Of a DNA stretch of 64,000 nt, positions 22,566 to 36,000 are shown piece after piece. Under the pieces are notes generated by a model. It ran no database searches, was not told where the DNA came from, and saw only the letters and a list, made by a program, of their open reading frames with translations. Both the position numbers and the translations under genes were made by a program. The number at the start of each line of letters is the position of its first letter. The stretch's first letter is position 1. Origin of the DNA: Trichosphaerium sp. ATCC 40318 (taxonomy: Eukaryota; Protista; Tubulinea). The stretch covers positions 1 to 64,000 of the forward strand of contig JALMLS010000572.1 of assembly GCA_038496445.1 (NCBI GenBank), read 5' to 3'.

Positions 22566-23740
22566 TTACACGCCATCCAAGATTTCAATTTGTTGCTTTC
22601 TAGCGCGCTCCTTTAGCACTACCAATTTTTCAACTTTTTCGCCTTCAAGAGATGTGATAGATGTATCAATAACTGCCAAACGCTGTGTTATCTTAACAAG
22701 CTCTTGTTGTAATTTTTCTTGTTGTTCCAATAACAATTTACGCTCCTCACCAAGCTTATCGAGTTGTTCGTTGCATACAGAATGAATACTTGAGAGCTCT
22801 TTTTTAAAATCCAAAAGAAGGTTGCTACGTTCTTGTACGTCCTTGAGTTGCCTGTCAATTGCTTTTTGCATTTCCTCAGGGTCGATTTTATCCTATTTAA
22901 CATATTTTAGAGGACGAGAAAGTCAAAAACATAAAAAATAATGTTTTTCTATTTACGAATTCTTATGGGCTGGTACAAAAAATTGCAACGCACGCGTACC
23001 TCAACGACGACAGGTTCCTTTTTGGCTGGAGCGGCCTTTTTGCCTTGTTGACCAGAATTTTTATTCGCACCATTAGGGCGGTTCTGGCGAGGCTTTTGGG
23101 CACCGTTCGTAGCTGGAGCAGTTTTCCTACCGGTTTATGTTAATAAAAAGCAAATATCTAAAATAGTGACATGTGTACAGACGTACCTTTGGCCTGCAGG
23201 CTTAGCTGGAATGCCAGCGGCGCGGCTTACGACAGCACTCCATGGGGAAGGCTTGGCTAAAGCGTATTAGCGTTTTTTAGGTACAAGAGGGTTATAAAAG
23301 GGAGTTTGGAGGTGACAGAAAGTGATTGAGGCTGATTGTTTTAAAAAACGCTAATTACCAGTCAGAGCTTGTACAGCTCTTTGCGCATCAAAGCCGTTTC
23401 GCTTGAGAGTGAGATAAATCTCTTCCGGTGAGAATCCTCTGCCCACGGTGTTTTTGACTTGTTTTATCTTCTCCAATTGACCTGCATCAAGATTGCCAGT
23501 TGCTACCTTGGTCGATATGTTCAATTGGTCCCCTTTTCTTTGGTTGTTCCGATTTTTTTTGTTTGGCCTTTTTGGCTTATCGTTGTTGTTTCGGTCGTTA
23601 CCACGCGACTGTTTGGCTTGGCCATTATTTTTACGATCATTGTAGCGGCCTTTACCACCTCTAGGCTGGCGTCCGCCTCTACCAGAGTTATTTGACTCTG
23701 CTTTAGACGTGCCATTCGCCTTAATACCGCTATCGCTCAT
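22566..23740 (-). CDS. Low-complexity N-terminus + UBA-like domain + coiled-coil protein
   Basis: RG/N-rich N-terminus, IKQVKNTVGRGFSPEEIYLTLKRNGFDAQRAVQAL (UBA-like) followed by PWSAV, and a C-terminal heptad coiled coil. Confidence 0.6.
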
Positions 23741-24126
23741 TTTGTAGGACTGAACGTATAAAGGTAATTTTTACAGTTGAAAAAGTACCCAGAACAGTGG
23801 GTCTGAGGTGGCCAGTAATGAGAGTGTCGGAGCGACGAAGCTAGTAACACAAAAATTGAGTAAAATTCACCAAGAAGATATTACTATTACTGACTAATGA
23901 AATTTGACGGTACATCTGTCAGTTGCCCGTTAACTTTTGCGTAGTTCGACGATGGGTAGTACAGACGCGCAAAAAAGCAAATAAAAAAAAAGGTCCAGCG
24001 TGTTGGACACATAAAAAGTTGACTTAGCTCTTTTTCGCGTCTGTTGAACTAATAAGGACAATTCTCAGCACCACGAAGTACGAACCGATTATTTAAAGCA
24101 CAAAGGGTATTCCCTACGCTCTCGCC

Positions 24127-27100
24127 ATGCAACAAGACGAGTTGGATCAGTTAATAGATGACATTGAGAAGAACTTGCCGTCGTTAACAGAGGTTAATTG
24201 TTCCAATTGTTATTTGGGTGAATTGGAGATGATAGACTTGATAGACGAGCTAGAAAACAACAAATACATTACACGATTAAACTTAGAACATAACTATATT
24301 GGCAAAGAGGGTGTAGAAAAATTGGCTCAGATCTTGTCAGGAGAGTCAGTTTTGCAAGCATTGAACTTAAAACATAACCTACTATCGCCAAACGATATTA
24401 AATGTTTGGTCAGAGCGTTACGAGAGAACTTTTCTGTAACCGAGTTTGAGATCGCCGAGCACGTCAGCGATGGCGGTATACCGTCGTGGGTTTACTTGGC
24501 AGATGATTACAAGGTTAAAGACGCACCTTTGCACTGGGAAGTTTGGACCGAGGAGAATTACAAAGAGCTGCTAAAGCAAATCTCTAAAATACTGACATCG
24601 AATAAGGATTTAAACACGGTACCTTGCGCTTTTTGAATTTTTTTTGTTCATTATTAATAATTGTTGTTATCTTGATTCCATTTTTACTACGTTGGCGCTA
24701 TACCTGTTGGCGTGTAGAGCTTATTTTCGCCGTTTATTTTTTTTATTATTTTGTTTTGGTTAGATAGCCATTTTTCAGCTTCTTCGTTGAACCTCACAAC
24801 CACCATTAGGCGCTCAACGAAGGAGGAACAAAAATCAACCTTAGACAGCGCAATATAAATAACGTACCTCATTCAATTTTTTTACCTGGTATCGTCACTC
24901 TGGATCTATCTCAGAACACAATATCGGCGTTACCACCAGAAATATCACAACTGAAAAATCTTACAAACTTGAATTTGAGCAGCAACAAACTCGCTAAGCT
25001 CCCATCTGAACTTCAAACACTTGATAACCTTGAGACGTTAAAATTATCTTACAATAGATTCATTAATGTTCCAGCAGCTGTTTGTTTGCTATCAGGACTA
25101 AAGACGCTTTATATTGATAATAATCTCATAAAAGATATGCCAACTCCTTTGGCTCTTGTTGAGAATTTGAACGAACTTTATGTTGAAGGTAACCCCTTCC
25201 TTAAGTTTCTACCAACTTCAGTATCTGCTATGGCAAAACAAAATCCTATATCTATTATAAGTCATCTACGAGATCAATACATGGCAAGCAATAACGTCAA
25301 GTATCAGATGAAATGTTGTGTACGTGACATTTTTGATTTGTTTTGTTTTTTTTGAGTTTTTTTGGATTTTTTTATTGACACTAGTAGTTTGTTGGTGGTA
25401 AGGATAATACTAAATCATTCTTGTTGGACAGTCTCTTGGGTAATAAAAGAAAGCGACAGCGCGGTGTCACAATGTCATTGCGTAAAGGGATCAGTTCAAG
25501 AAAGTAAGCCTTTTTTTGTTCTTTTTTTTTTGCATACTTCGTTTTTTGTTGACACTCTCTTTAGAGTCCACAGTCGCGAGAACATCGCATCTGAGTTTAT
25601 GGACCCTGGTGGCGCTATCTATATCACAGAATTAGAGCTTAGGAATAAGGAAGTCATGCCTGAAGATGAAGCTCTTCAATTGCTGGTGTGGGACTTTGCT
25701 GGTAACGATGTACGAATAGTTATAATGTTTGATAGAATATTTTTGTTGACTCATGTGTTTAGGATTCGTATTATGCTACCCACCAATTTTTCTTGACAAA
25801 ACATACTATGTATGTTCTGGTATTTAATTTGCTTGAACCTCAAGAAGACAAGTCAAAGATTCTTTACTGGCTTCACACTATAGCCTCTCTTGGGAAAAAA
25901 GATACATTAGTTATGCTCGTAGGTGCATATAGCGATGGACATGCGCGATGCACGAATACGCACATGTACGTGCTTTTTTGGAACAAACCAAACCAACGAC
26001 AGTTTTCTTTGTTTAATTTTATCACGGTGTATTTACTTATTTTAGTGAAAATACCTTTGCAGCAATAAAGTCACGTGTATCAGCCAAGAAAAAATATAAG
26101 AATATTAAGTTTTTTGGTGCTGTATCTAATACTAAAACTGATATAAAAGACGTACGTCGTGACGTTGTTATTGTGGAAATTTTTTAGTATACCTCGGTAT
26201 CTTAATTTTTTTTTTATAGTTTAAGCGCGAGTTGATGAGAGTTGCCATGATGAACGATACTGTCAAAAAAGGTGTCCCACCAAAGTTTAATGCATTAGCG
26301 GCAAGATTGAAGCTTGTAACTGAAGCTAACCTCACACCTCCTCTGTTGAGTCAACAAAAATATAAACAGCTTGCAGAGCAGTCTGGTATACTTTCAGAGG
26401 AAGAACTTAATAATGCAACACGATATCTATATTCAAGAGGCTTATTGGTACGTTTTAGATCCATCAGCAGAACAGTTTTGCAAATAGCTTTGCTGCCCTT
26501 TAATAACTGTATTTTAATGACTTGTAGGTGCGTTTTGAAGGTGATGTATTGAGCAAGTATATTGTATTGGATAATAAATGGTTGATACAATCCTTTGGCA
26601 ACATCATTAAGAACCAAGATCTCGTGCGAGGTGGAAAATTACCAGCAGGTATGATTTTTTGCAAAGTTTTTTTTTTTCGTCTTACCGCGATTTAACAATC
26701 TTTAGACCAGTTGGGTAAGATATGGAAGAGCCCAGAGTACAAGAGGGATATATGGGATTGGTTATTAAAGCTCTTGGAAAAGAAGAATATTTGCTACAAT
26801 CTGGCGCAAAGGAAGAAATTACAAATAAAGAGGAAGTCAAGTCCGAAGTTAACAAAGATCGAAAAGCCAAAGAACGAGTACCTCATACCTTGGTTGTTGC
26901 CTTCAAGTGTCCCTGTAAATTACAGACATGTTTGGCCTGCTGGTGATCCAAAACAGTTGACAAGGTTGGCCAACCGTTTACTTTTTATTGCTAATCAACT
27001 ATTACAGGTGGTACCAACTACAATTCATTCCGCCTGGGCTATTCACTCATTTTATGGTGCGTCTATTACGTTCTCCAGAATGGGATGTCGTATTGTATTG

Positions 27101-29579
27101 GCGTGATTGCATCATTGTAAAGGTACAGAAGGGTTTTTTTTCGAAGTTTTTTTTTCCACTTGAACGCTTATTACCTTTTCAGACACTCCGTGGGTTTGGT
27201 GGTGTAACACGTATTGCTTTCTCGTTGAATCGTGAAAACTTTACTCTACAATTACAAGCACGTGGCCCAGACACAACGCTTAAGTTTATGACTGTTGATG
27301 AGCTCATTCAAAATCTTATCAATGAATCCTTGGGAGTACGTCAATCTTTGTTTACATTAAAGGTAGTTCATTCCGTAAATTTCCTTGTAGCTTGGAGATT
27401 TCCTTAAAATTATTGTGCCGTGCGCTCATTGTCTCGCTCAAGAAGGTGCGTACGGCGTTATTACTAGGAGTTTATTGACGCTATTGTAGCTAAGGATGAG
27501 GGTAAAGAAGAAGTAGGAAACTTTACGCTTGAAGAGTTGGAGATAAAAATTAGGGATAGTAAAGTTGATGAAGTTCGTTATTTGTAGTTAGCTTGATGTT
27601 GATTAACCGTGAATATAGAGTTCAAGAGGTATTTTTGCAACTTGCATTACCGATGGTAGGCCAAGAGCTGTTCGAGTTGAGCATCTTGTACCTGATGTAA
27701 CAATGGCATCCTTGGAGCGTAAAAAGATTCATTACAAGGTAACCTTTCCTTTGTTTTGTTTTCTGGTTTGCTGACCTTGGTTACAGGATCTCGAAATTGG
27801 TAGTCATCTTGGTACTGGTGGTTATGCCGAAGTGCGTAAAGGAAAATGGAATGGTGAAGTAGTCGCTATTAAGATTATGAAAATTGATAAGGATTCGATG
27901 TCTGATGAATCTAACTCAGTGTTTGGGGAGTTCCGTAAAGAAATTTATCTCATGTCGTACGTTGAGCATCAAAAAAAAAAAGAAAAAAAAAAGTAGTTTT
28001 CAAGTCTTTCTGATTGTTTATCTTCTTAGTGCCTTGGAAAACGAACATTTGGTGGTTTTACGCTGCTTCTGTTTTGATCCTATGTGTATTGTACTGGAAT
28101 TTATGGATCTTGGCAGTCTTTATGATCAGGTCCGAGAACTAGAAGAAGAAGGCTCTACAAAGTTCAAATATGTCATTGATTGGGACTACAGAATAAATTG
28201 CGCTCTTGACATGGCTTGTGGTACTTTTTTTTTCTCCTCTTTTTTTTTGTAGTATCAAGTTCATATTTTTACTGACACGTGCGATGTAGCTATGGACTTT
28301 TTACACAGTGAAAATCCTCCAATCGTACACAGAGATTTGAAGAGTTTGAATATCTTGGTGTGCACCTCCGATAAGGTACTATCCCATTTTATTATTACCC
28401 ATTCGCGGAGTTAGCTTCGTGCTAATACAGGGCTTTTTTTCAGAGTGGGTATGAAGGTTATAAGCGAGTTGAAGCTAAAGTCGCCGATTTCGGATTGAGT
28501 CGCTCGTTAACTTTTGATGATTCTCTTGGTATGTACCTCTCAACTGTTGTGTAGTATCGTACTTATTGTGTTGTATTAGATTCAAAGAGTTACGATGACC
28601 AAAACCCTGTATGGCTAGCTCCAGAAATTTTAGCTCAAAAAGACTTTTACGATGAAAGTGTAGATGTTTATTCATTTGGTATTATTTTATGGTACGTATC
28701 GTGTTGTGTAGAGTTTAAATCACGTGTTAATACTTAAAAAAGGGAGATGGTATCGCGAAGTGATTATTTTGGCGAATTGAATTTCATGGCGGATATTTGC
28801 GAAGCCGTGGTAGCCAGTGCGTGTCTTTAACCTTATTTATAAAAACAAAATATGTACTCACTTTTCTTGTAGATAAACGACCAGAAATTCCTGTCTTGGA
28901 GGATCAATTTGGCGTACAAAATCAATACGTAGAGTTAGTATCAGAGTGTTGGGCTGGAGAACCTTCTGATAGGCCAAGTTTCAGAGCTATTCGTGAACGT
29001 ATTGAAGCGATGAAGGTGAGTTTGATTAAACTGTTATTTTCTTCTCTTCCTGTGTATTAACCATGGTTACGATTTAGGCCACTATCACAGAATACAAAGA
29101 AGCACACCCTAAGTTTATCCCTGCATCTGTTTTGGATTTGAAAGTCAAACTTAAAGAACGCGCAGCAGCTAAATTAAAGAAGGCTTTGGAACCTCAACCG
29201 CCACCAGAACCTGTTATTGTTCAGGCACCAAACTCTGATGTTGGGCGTTTTAATACGACACAAGGATTAAATAAATTAAATCTCGGTGTTAATGGACAAG
29301 ATGCAGGCCCACTTAGCCTCGGCTCGCGCCCTTCAGGCAGTACGTCATAGAAACGCGATCTTTTTTCTTTTAAACTCACTTGGGCGTCGCAACTTACATT
29401 CTTCTTTTCAAGCTTTCTCTCCACCAGTCACAGCTAAATCTGAGATGACACGCATCCGATCTAACACAGCACGTCCTCGCTCAAAGACAAAAACATCAAA
29501 GAATCACGCACCGAAAAAAAAAACCTTACGCAAAAAAGGAAAAAAAGGCAAATCAAAAAAAAGAGACACTGTACAATAG
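24127..29579 (+). CDS. Roco-family kinase (LRR-ROC-COR-TKL kinase)
   Basis: RI-like and typical LRRs; WDFAG; YATHQFFLT; COR-like YLIPWLLP and FIPPGLFTHFMVR; kinase GTGGYAEV, VAIK, HRDLKSLN, ADFG, WLAPE. Confidence 0.9.
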
Positions 29580-30319
29580 AAGAACCCACTTTTTATAAAA
29601 AACAAACCACGTGAGATATAAAAGAAAAGTCTCACGCACATGTAGAAACTGTACAATATAAATTTTGAGTTGGCTCAATCCGTACCACGTTAATCAAACA
29701 AATTGTTAATTACTCAGTTTGTGACTGTTAAAAAACAACCCAACTACTCTTAACTATTCTAACGGCGTTTTCGGCCTCGTGATAAGGCGAATTGGCCGTT
29801 AAAAACCGGTACAAATGGCGGTACACTAAAAAAAATAAAGCAATCATTTGTGCAGATAGTAACTCACTACGACATCGCAAGGTGGTGTAAACGCCCAACA
29901 ACAATGTAGTACAACGTAATGAGGCCATTAATAGGCACCTATCTAGTTTTCTGCTAGAGGTTAGAAAACGTATCGCTATCAGTACCCCACTGCACAAAGC
30001 TCGCTATGGAGTTTACAATAACCTCAGTATCGCCTAGCTTACGTTAAACCGCGCTGTTATAACGTAGGGAGGGCAGAAACTGATAAAACTTCACAAAGTA
30101 GCTCGGTACAACGTAACCGATAAAAAAAGTAACGGTTAGGGAAGTATGATGTTTAATTTTAGTATCGGTTTATATTTGTTTGAAGGTATGGTATTATACT
30201 TTAATTAAAAGAGTAGGGCAACCGAAATTGTACACAGCTAAGAATTTGCATAGCAAATTTTCATTCAACTCAAATTTTTTCGAAACTAGCCGTTATAATA
30301 CGGCTTGAAGCCGCCAAGG

Positions 30320-32725
30320 ATGTCTAACAAAACGGAAAAGGATGAACTAGATGCTATTATACGCAAAGCACAGAAAGAGGGCCTCAAGCGATCATCAGGA
30401 AATAACTTGAGGTAGATGCCTTATTTTTTTGAAAACTTGTTTATTTCACACTTAAAACGACCTTTGACGTTTCTCGCACATGCGCTTAGTAATAATTTAA
30501 CTGTCTACGCAACTTCCAAGTTATTTGGTCTTTGTGTACCTGATGTTTAACAGATTCTTTTCTGATTTTTCAAATTCTGTTTTTCGTTGCGGTTGTAACT
30601 ACCACAGTTACGCCGTATTACGTACCCTAGTATATTTACGTTAACAGCATACTCCAACCGTAAAATACTAAATCTATCAAAAAGACGCTCAAACAGACGA
30701 TCACCTCGCAAGCATGATGGTAGCCCAACCAAAACCGCTTCTACACCTTCCAAAGGCAAAAAAGCGACTCAAAAGAGGTTAGATACTTTTTTTTTTCGTA
30801 TTTTGCGTACACATTATAGACACAGTGCTCTATTCAATACTGCCTTTACTTTGTCGTTTTGTCAATTTTATGAACTGTCAATCCTCCCTCTTTCTTACGC
30901 CTTCTAATTAGAAAGCGTTCTGGTAGCGCCGCCTCTTCACCTGCTAAGAAGAAGGCTAAGACGACACCCAAAAAAGCAGCCGTTAAGAAGGGTACTTGTA
31001 CTCCATTCGAACCACAAAACTTATCTAAACATTCCCTTAGCAACGCCAAAGAAGGGTAAGAAGCCTGTACCTAAAACCACACGCAGGTCGTCTAGATCTG
31101 CAGCCAAGAAAGTCACCCCAAAAAAGCCCACCAAGTCGACTCCTAAAAAGGCTACGCCAAAGAAATCTACCAGAAGGCGTTCGTCTACTAGAAGGATGTC
31201 TAATGGATCCAATGGGTCTACTCGTAAGTCTCCTAGAAGGCACGTGTACCTTATTTTCTGTACTTGTATCTAACTCTTTGTTTCACAGTAATGCTGGTCT
31301 TAAGCGTAAGAGTTCGCAGTTTTATGAGTACCGTCTACCTTCTCAGCAACAAGATTCAAGCGAAGAAGAATCTAGCGAGCAACCTGTTGGTAAGGATCCA
31401 ATTTCATTAAAATTCGGCTTTCCTCTCTTTTTTATGACGTAGTTACTACGTTTTTGAACGTAGAAAATGTGTGGTATCGCAGTCGGATGTTTACTGCGCT
31501 CAGTAACCCCGAACCCGATGTTTTTTTAAAATCGCGAGCTCAGAAATTTGATTTTTTTTCAAAACAATTGTTTTTGAGATTTCTTCGTTTGGTATTTTTT
31601 ATATCAACTGTTTCTTGTCGTGTACTAACGTCTATCCTTTTAGTAAGACGCTCATCACGTAAACCTGCTAAAAAGTCGAAGCCTAAGGCTAAACCAAAGG
31701 CCAAACCAAAGGCTAAGCCAAAACCAAAGGCTAAAGCTACCAAAAAGAAGACCACCAAGAAGGCTGTCACCAGGAAGAGACCACCAACACGTCGTTCATC
31801 TCGTGCGTCGAATGCCAGTAATTCTTCTCTTCGTACTTCCCCAAGGAAGCCAAAGAAGAGGAAGTTGGATGACTACGTTACTGATGACAAGACCCCTACT
31901 CCACGTAAATCTAAGAGGTAAGTACAAGGCGTAAAATACGCGTAGAATTCAAATATTTGAAAAAAAGTTTTTCTCTCTCCTCGTCTTGTTTAGTCTCTTG
32001 TGGGCTTTTTTTTGGTTTACTTTGATGTCTGAATGAATACTAATTGTTTTACTTCAGATCTAAAACTACCAAAGCGCCTCCACGTCGCCGTTCCACTCGC
32101 GCACGCAAAAAGGTTGTTAAGAGCTACAGTTCCGAAGAGGAAGAGAGCTCTTCAGAAGAAGTTGAAGAGAGCGTAGAAGAAAGCGTTGAAGAAAGCGAAA
32201 GCGTAGTAGAAAGCGAAGAAAGCGGTAGCGTTGAAGATAGCTCAGAAGAGGAAGAGAGCGGTAGCGTCGAAGAGAGCTCTTCAGAATCCATGTCAGAAAC
32301 TGAACAAAAAAGAACACGAAGTGCCAGAAAGAAGAAGGTCGTTGAGAGTGAATCTAGCGAGAGTGATAGTGAAATGAGTGAGTCTAGTTCTGAAGAAGTA
32401 GAGCAAAGCAGTGATGACTTTGAAGCTGCTTCTGATGATGACGAAGATGAAGAAATCGAAGATGATGCAGATGCCGATTCTGATGAAGAAATGCCTGTCC
32501 GTAGATCTTCTAGGACTCGTACTTCTAAGAGATCTCGTAAAAGGTCTAACCCTGGTCTTGAGAGACGCTCATCAAGAATTGCTGCCAGGTCAGCACCAGT
32601 ACGTCATCAGAATTTTAATGACTTTGTTCTGCATTTTTTTTGTTGAAATGATTTCGGTGCTGATTTCTTGTGTTTTTTTTTAGAAGAGGAGGAAGAGAGG
32701 AAAGAAAAGACGTGGCAGAAGATGA
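30320..32725 (+). CDS. Intrinsically disordered K/R/S/P-rich protein with S/E acidic tract (H1-tail-like/nuclear)
   Basis: TPKK/SPAKK repeats, (PKAK)n, ESSSEEVEES tract and a C-terminal KRRKRGKKRRGRR*; GT-AG introns join the exons. Confidence 0.65.
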
Positions 32726-33026
32726 AAGAGAGAAAGAAATTTGATTTGATTGATTAGTTTTATTTGTGTTGCATTTTTCTGTCTTGTTTTTGTTGGTAAA
32801 AAAAAACATTTAATTGTTGTTGTATTATTTTCAGTAAATAAAAAAAAAATAAAAAAACCGCCGTCTTGTTTTCTTACGTGCGTGGCACTACACGTGTTGG
32901 AAGGATTTGGAAAAATCTGGATTGACGATGTTGTATTTATCAATACTCTGGTGAGCTGTGATCTTACAATCAGTCATGACTTTGTACTTAAACTATGTAA
33001 GGGTGAATTTTATTATATGGTACATA

Positions 33027-36000
33027 TTAAGACTTATTGGACATAATACTATCAATATCACGTGCAAGACGTCTTAATTCAGATACAGTTTGTGCATGGA
33101 TTCTTGCATTATCTGCAGACAGTTTTTTAAGCCTATCTTGGTGGTTCATGGATGATCCAATCTTGTATTCCACCTCGTCTAGCTTTGATCTCAACTTAGA
33201 AAGTGCAATATCTTCTTTATCCTAAAACAGAGTAAGTACTCGTGCCAATACGTAAAAAAAAACTCAAAGCTCAAGTTCTTTTTTCCATAGAATGTTTATG
33301 GGTGTTGCATACCTCTTCCTCGTCTAGTACTGCTGCACGACGAATAGGAAAGAATTGAAGGAATTCACCATCTTCAATCTGAATAGACAGTTAATACTTG
33401 CTCCAAAATCAAGATGGTTGAAGAAAGAACAAGGGAAAATAAAAAACTTTGTGTTCTTTGAAAAAAAGAGGTTACCTGTTTACAAATATGCTGTTCAATG
33501 GCTGATAGACGAGAGAACTCTCTTTTTTGTTTGATTTCTTTCATGTAAACAAAGAAATACAAATAATAAAGTCTATAATGCTGTTCATTGATGTGCTCAT
33601 TGAAATCTAAGAAAAAACTGTTAAGAAGTTGTGTTCTGAGGGGTTTTCTGGTCTATATACCTTTTCCGCGTTGTTGAAATGTATCACGATCTAAAGAGCA
33701 TATAAAACATGAATTTGTCAGAGCACTTTTTGCCTCTTGCTGTTGTTGACGGAACTCTAAAGAAAAAGTAAGAAAAAAATACTACCTTACTTTCACTTTG
33801 CACAAAGCGAGGAAATTGGACTTTGGCACTAAGTGTATCTCAAAAAAAGCTCATGTGTAGTTTGGTGTATAGTTGGAGGACAGAAGAAAACAAGTATTGG
33901 CTAGGACCAAGTTGTTTCATTTTACGTACGGCCAAATGTGTCTACAATTGTAGCAAGAATAACATTAAGAATAATGACGCCAATTATTAGATAATAACTA
34001 ACAACCCATATAACCCATGCGATTGTGTTTCGGTCTCTCCATCGTATAGGCTGTAGGTATTCGAAAATACCACCAGTAGAAGGCAACCTGAGGAACAAAT
34101 TAATGCGAGAAAATAGACAACAATTCAGCAAAGATGGAGAAGATCAAACAAAAAGAAAAGCTAAAAATGACTTACCCGTGTATGAGGTTTGTAGCTGTAC
34201 ATTGTATCAAATCGTCACAATATGTACCATCTTCAGGGTTATAGTGACCTTGGAACCAAACAACGGCAATAATAGAAAACACAAAGACGACTTCAAAAGC
34301 GAGAAAGTACTAAAAAGAAAAGTACATTAGAACAACAAGTTGATGTATTATCTCTCAGAGATGTGTATGTGCGTACCATAAGTGCGATAGTTATAACGTT
34401 TGTCCACAGTGCACGTAGAACAACCTTCATTTGACTACTTCTAATCAAGATCTGGAACAAATGGAAAGTGAAGAAGAACTCAGAAACAAGGTTTCCAAGA
34501 ACTGAGAATACAAAGTATAACAAGTAGTAAACAAACATAGGATTTAAGAAAGCGACCCTAGATGAACACCAAAAAGTGAGTATAATTCATAATTAATAAG
34601 TATAGGTGTGTCGTACCAGATGGATTTGAACATATAAGGAAAAACACCAAGACGGATTTTGGTAGCCTGTAAAAAAAAAAGTTAGAAAAATGGCAAACAA
34701 ATTTCTTTTATGAAAGCATTTTGGACTCATAATGTTTTTTGCATGTCTATGTAATAGTATGGGTATACCTTAATATCTTTCCAACTCCACAACATCAAAG
34801 ATTTACCATTCTCACTTGCGGGCATCCGCTCTTGTATCCAGGTTTTCCGGTTCTCAAATGCTCCTATAAAGTGTTATTTTCTCTTACCAATGGGAAAAGT
34901 GTTGAGTCTTTACAACACTAGTTTGATGTCTAAAAAAAGGGTATATTGCTTACCTTGTTTAAGGACATAAATAATAAGGAGTAGAAGTGAGGTAATAGAT
35001 TGTACAGCACCAAGAACATCAACACTTGTTTTAATGCCTTTGTTTGCAATTTTTGTTTTGGCAAAGCTACAAACGAATATGTTATGACATGGGGTGTGGA
35101 CTAAAAATCTAGCGTACCCGTCTGCTGAAGTACCAATTACTACTAGAACGGTTGTAGCAACCGCAAGTATAAATGAGATATGCCAAAGCAGCCGAAACTG
35201 TTTAAGGAAAAAGAAACTGAACCATTGTTTTTTGATTTCTGTCTTGTGCTCCTGTTTAATCATCCACTCTTCGCACCATGAAAAAAATGTTTCAAGCTTG
35301 TCAGTGGGTTTCTTCCTAAATAATTTGTTAGAAATTACAGCGGTGTGAAGCCAAGTATATCGACAACAAATAATGACAAAAAAGAAAGAAAAATTAAGAA
35401 AAAAAAAGAGAAAGAGAAACTAACCAGTCCACTTTACTAGCTATCAGATAATCATCAATTTGTGTTAATCGACGACGCTCTTTTAGTTGTTGACTATCAA
35501 CGCCTTTGATCTTTCTTCCACCAAATTTTCTGCAAGATTTCGGTATAGGAAAGTAAATCTTAAATAACAAGTGAGTATTTTAGTTTACACTACATCATGT
35601 TGAATTGATGTGACACGTACGAGTTTAATCTCTTTACCATAAATTACTTCTATTGTTGCAATCCTGTTATGGATATTGGCTTCACACATAAGGACATACT
35701 GTTTGAGTTGCCTTATGACCTAAATGGTATAAGTGAGTTTCTCAAGTTGTTTACGAGAACGTACTTCTTTACTGCCTGTTTGAGTGATTGGTGAATCATG
35801 AAGTTCTCGCAAGAATCTGTATGATAACACAGCAAGGGACACGAGATTCTGGGGTGGTTCTTTATTTGCCCATGACTTAATGTACTCCGTGTTTGCAGCC
35901 TATTTTATGTGTTTACTAAGAACAAGTCCTTTTTTGAGCGCTGCTTGAACATACCAGGGCTTCGGTGATTTTTAATGAGCAAACTTTGTTGCCAACAGTT

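Noticed and set aside
31675-32300. Short tandem repeats (PKAK; ESVE) as array or CRISPR-like structure
   Set aside because: They are coding low-complexity repeats with no repeat-spacer organisation.
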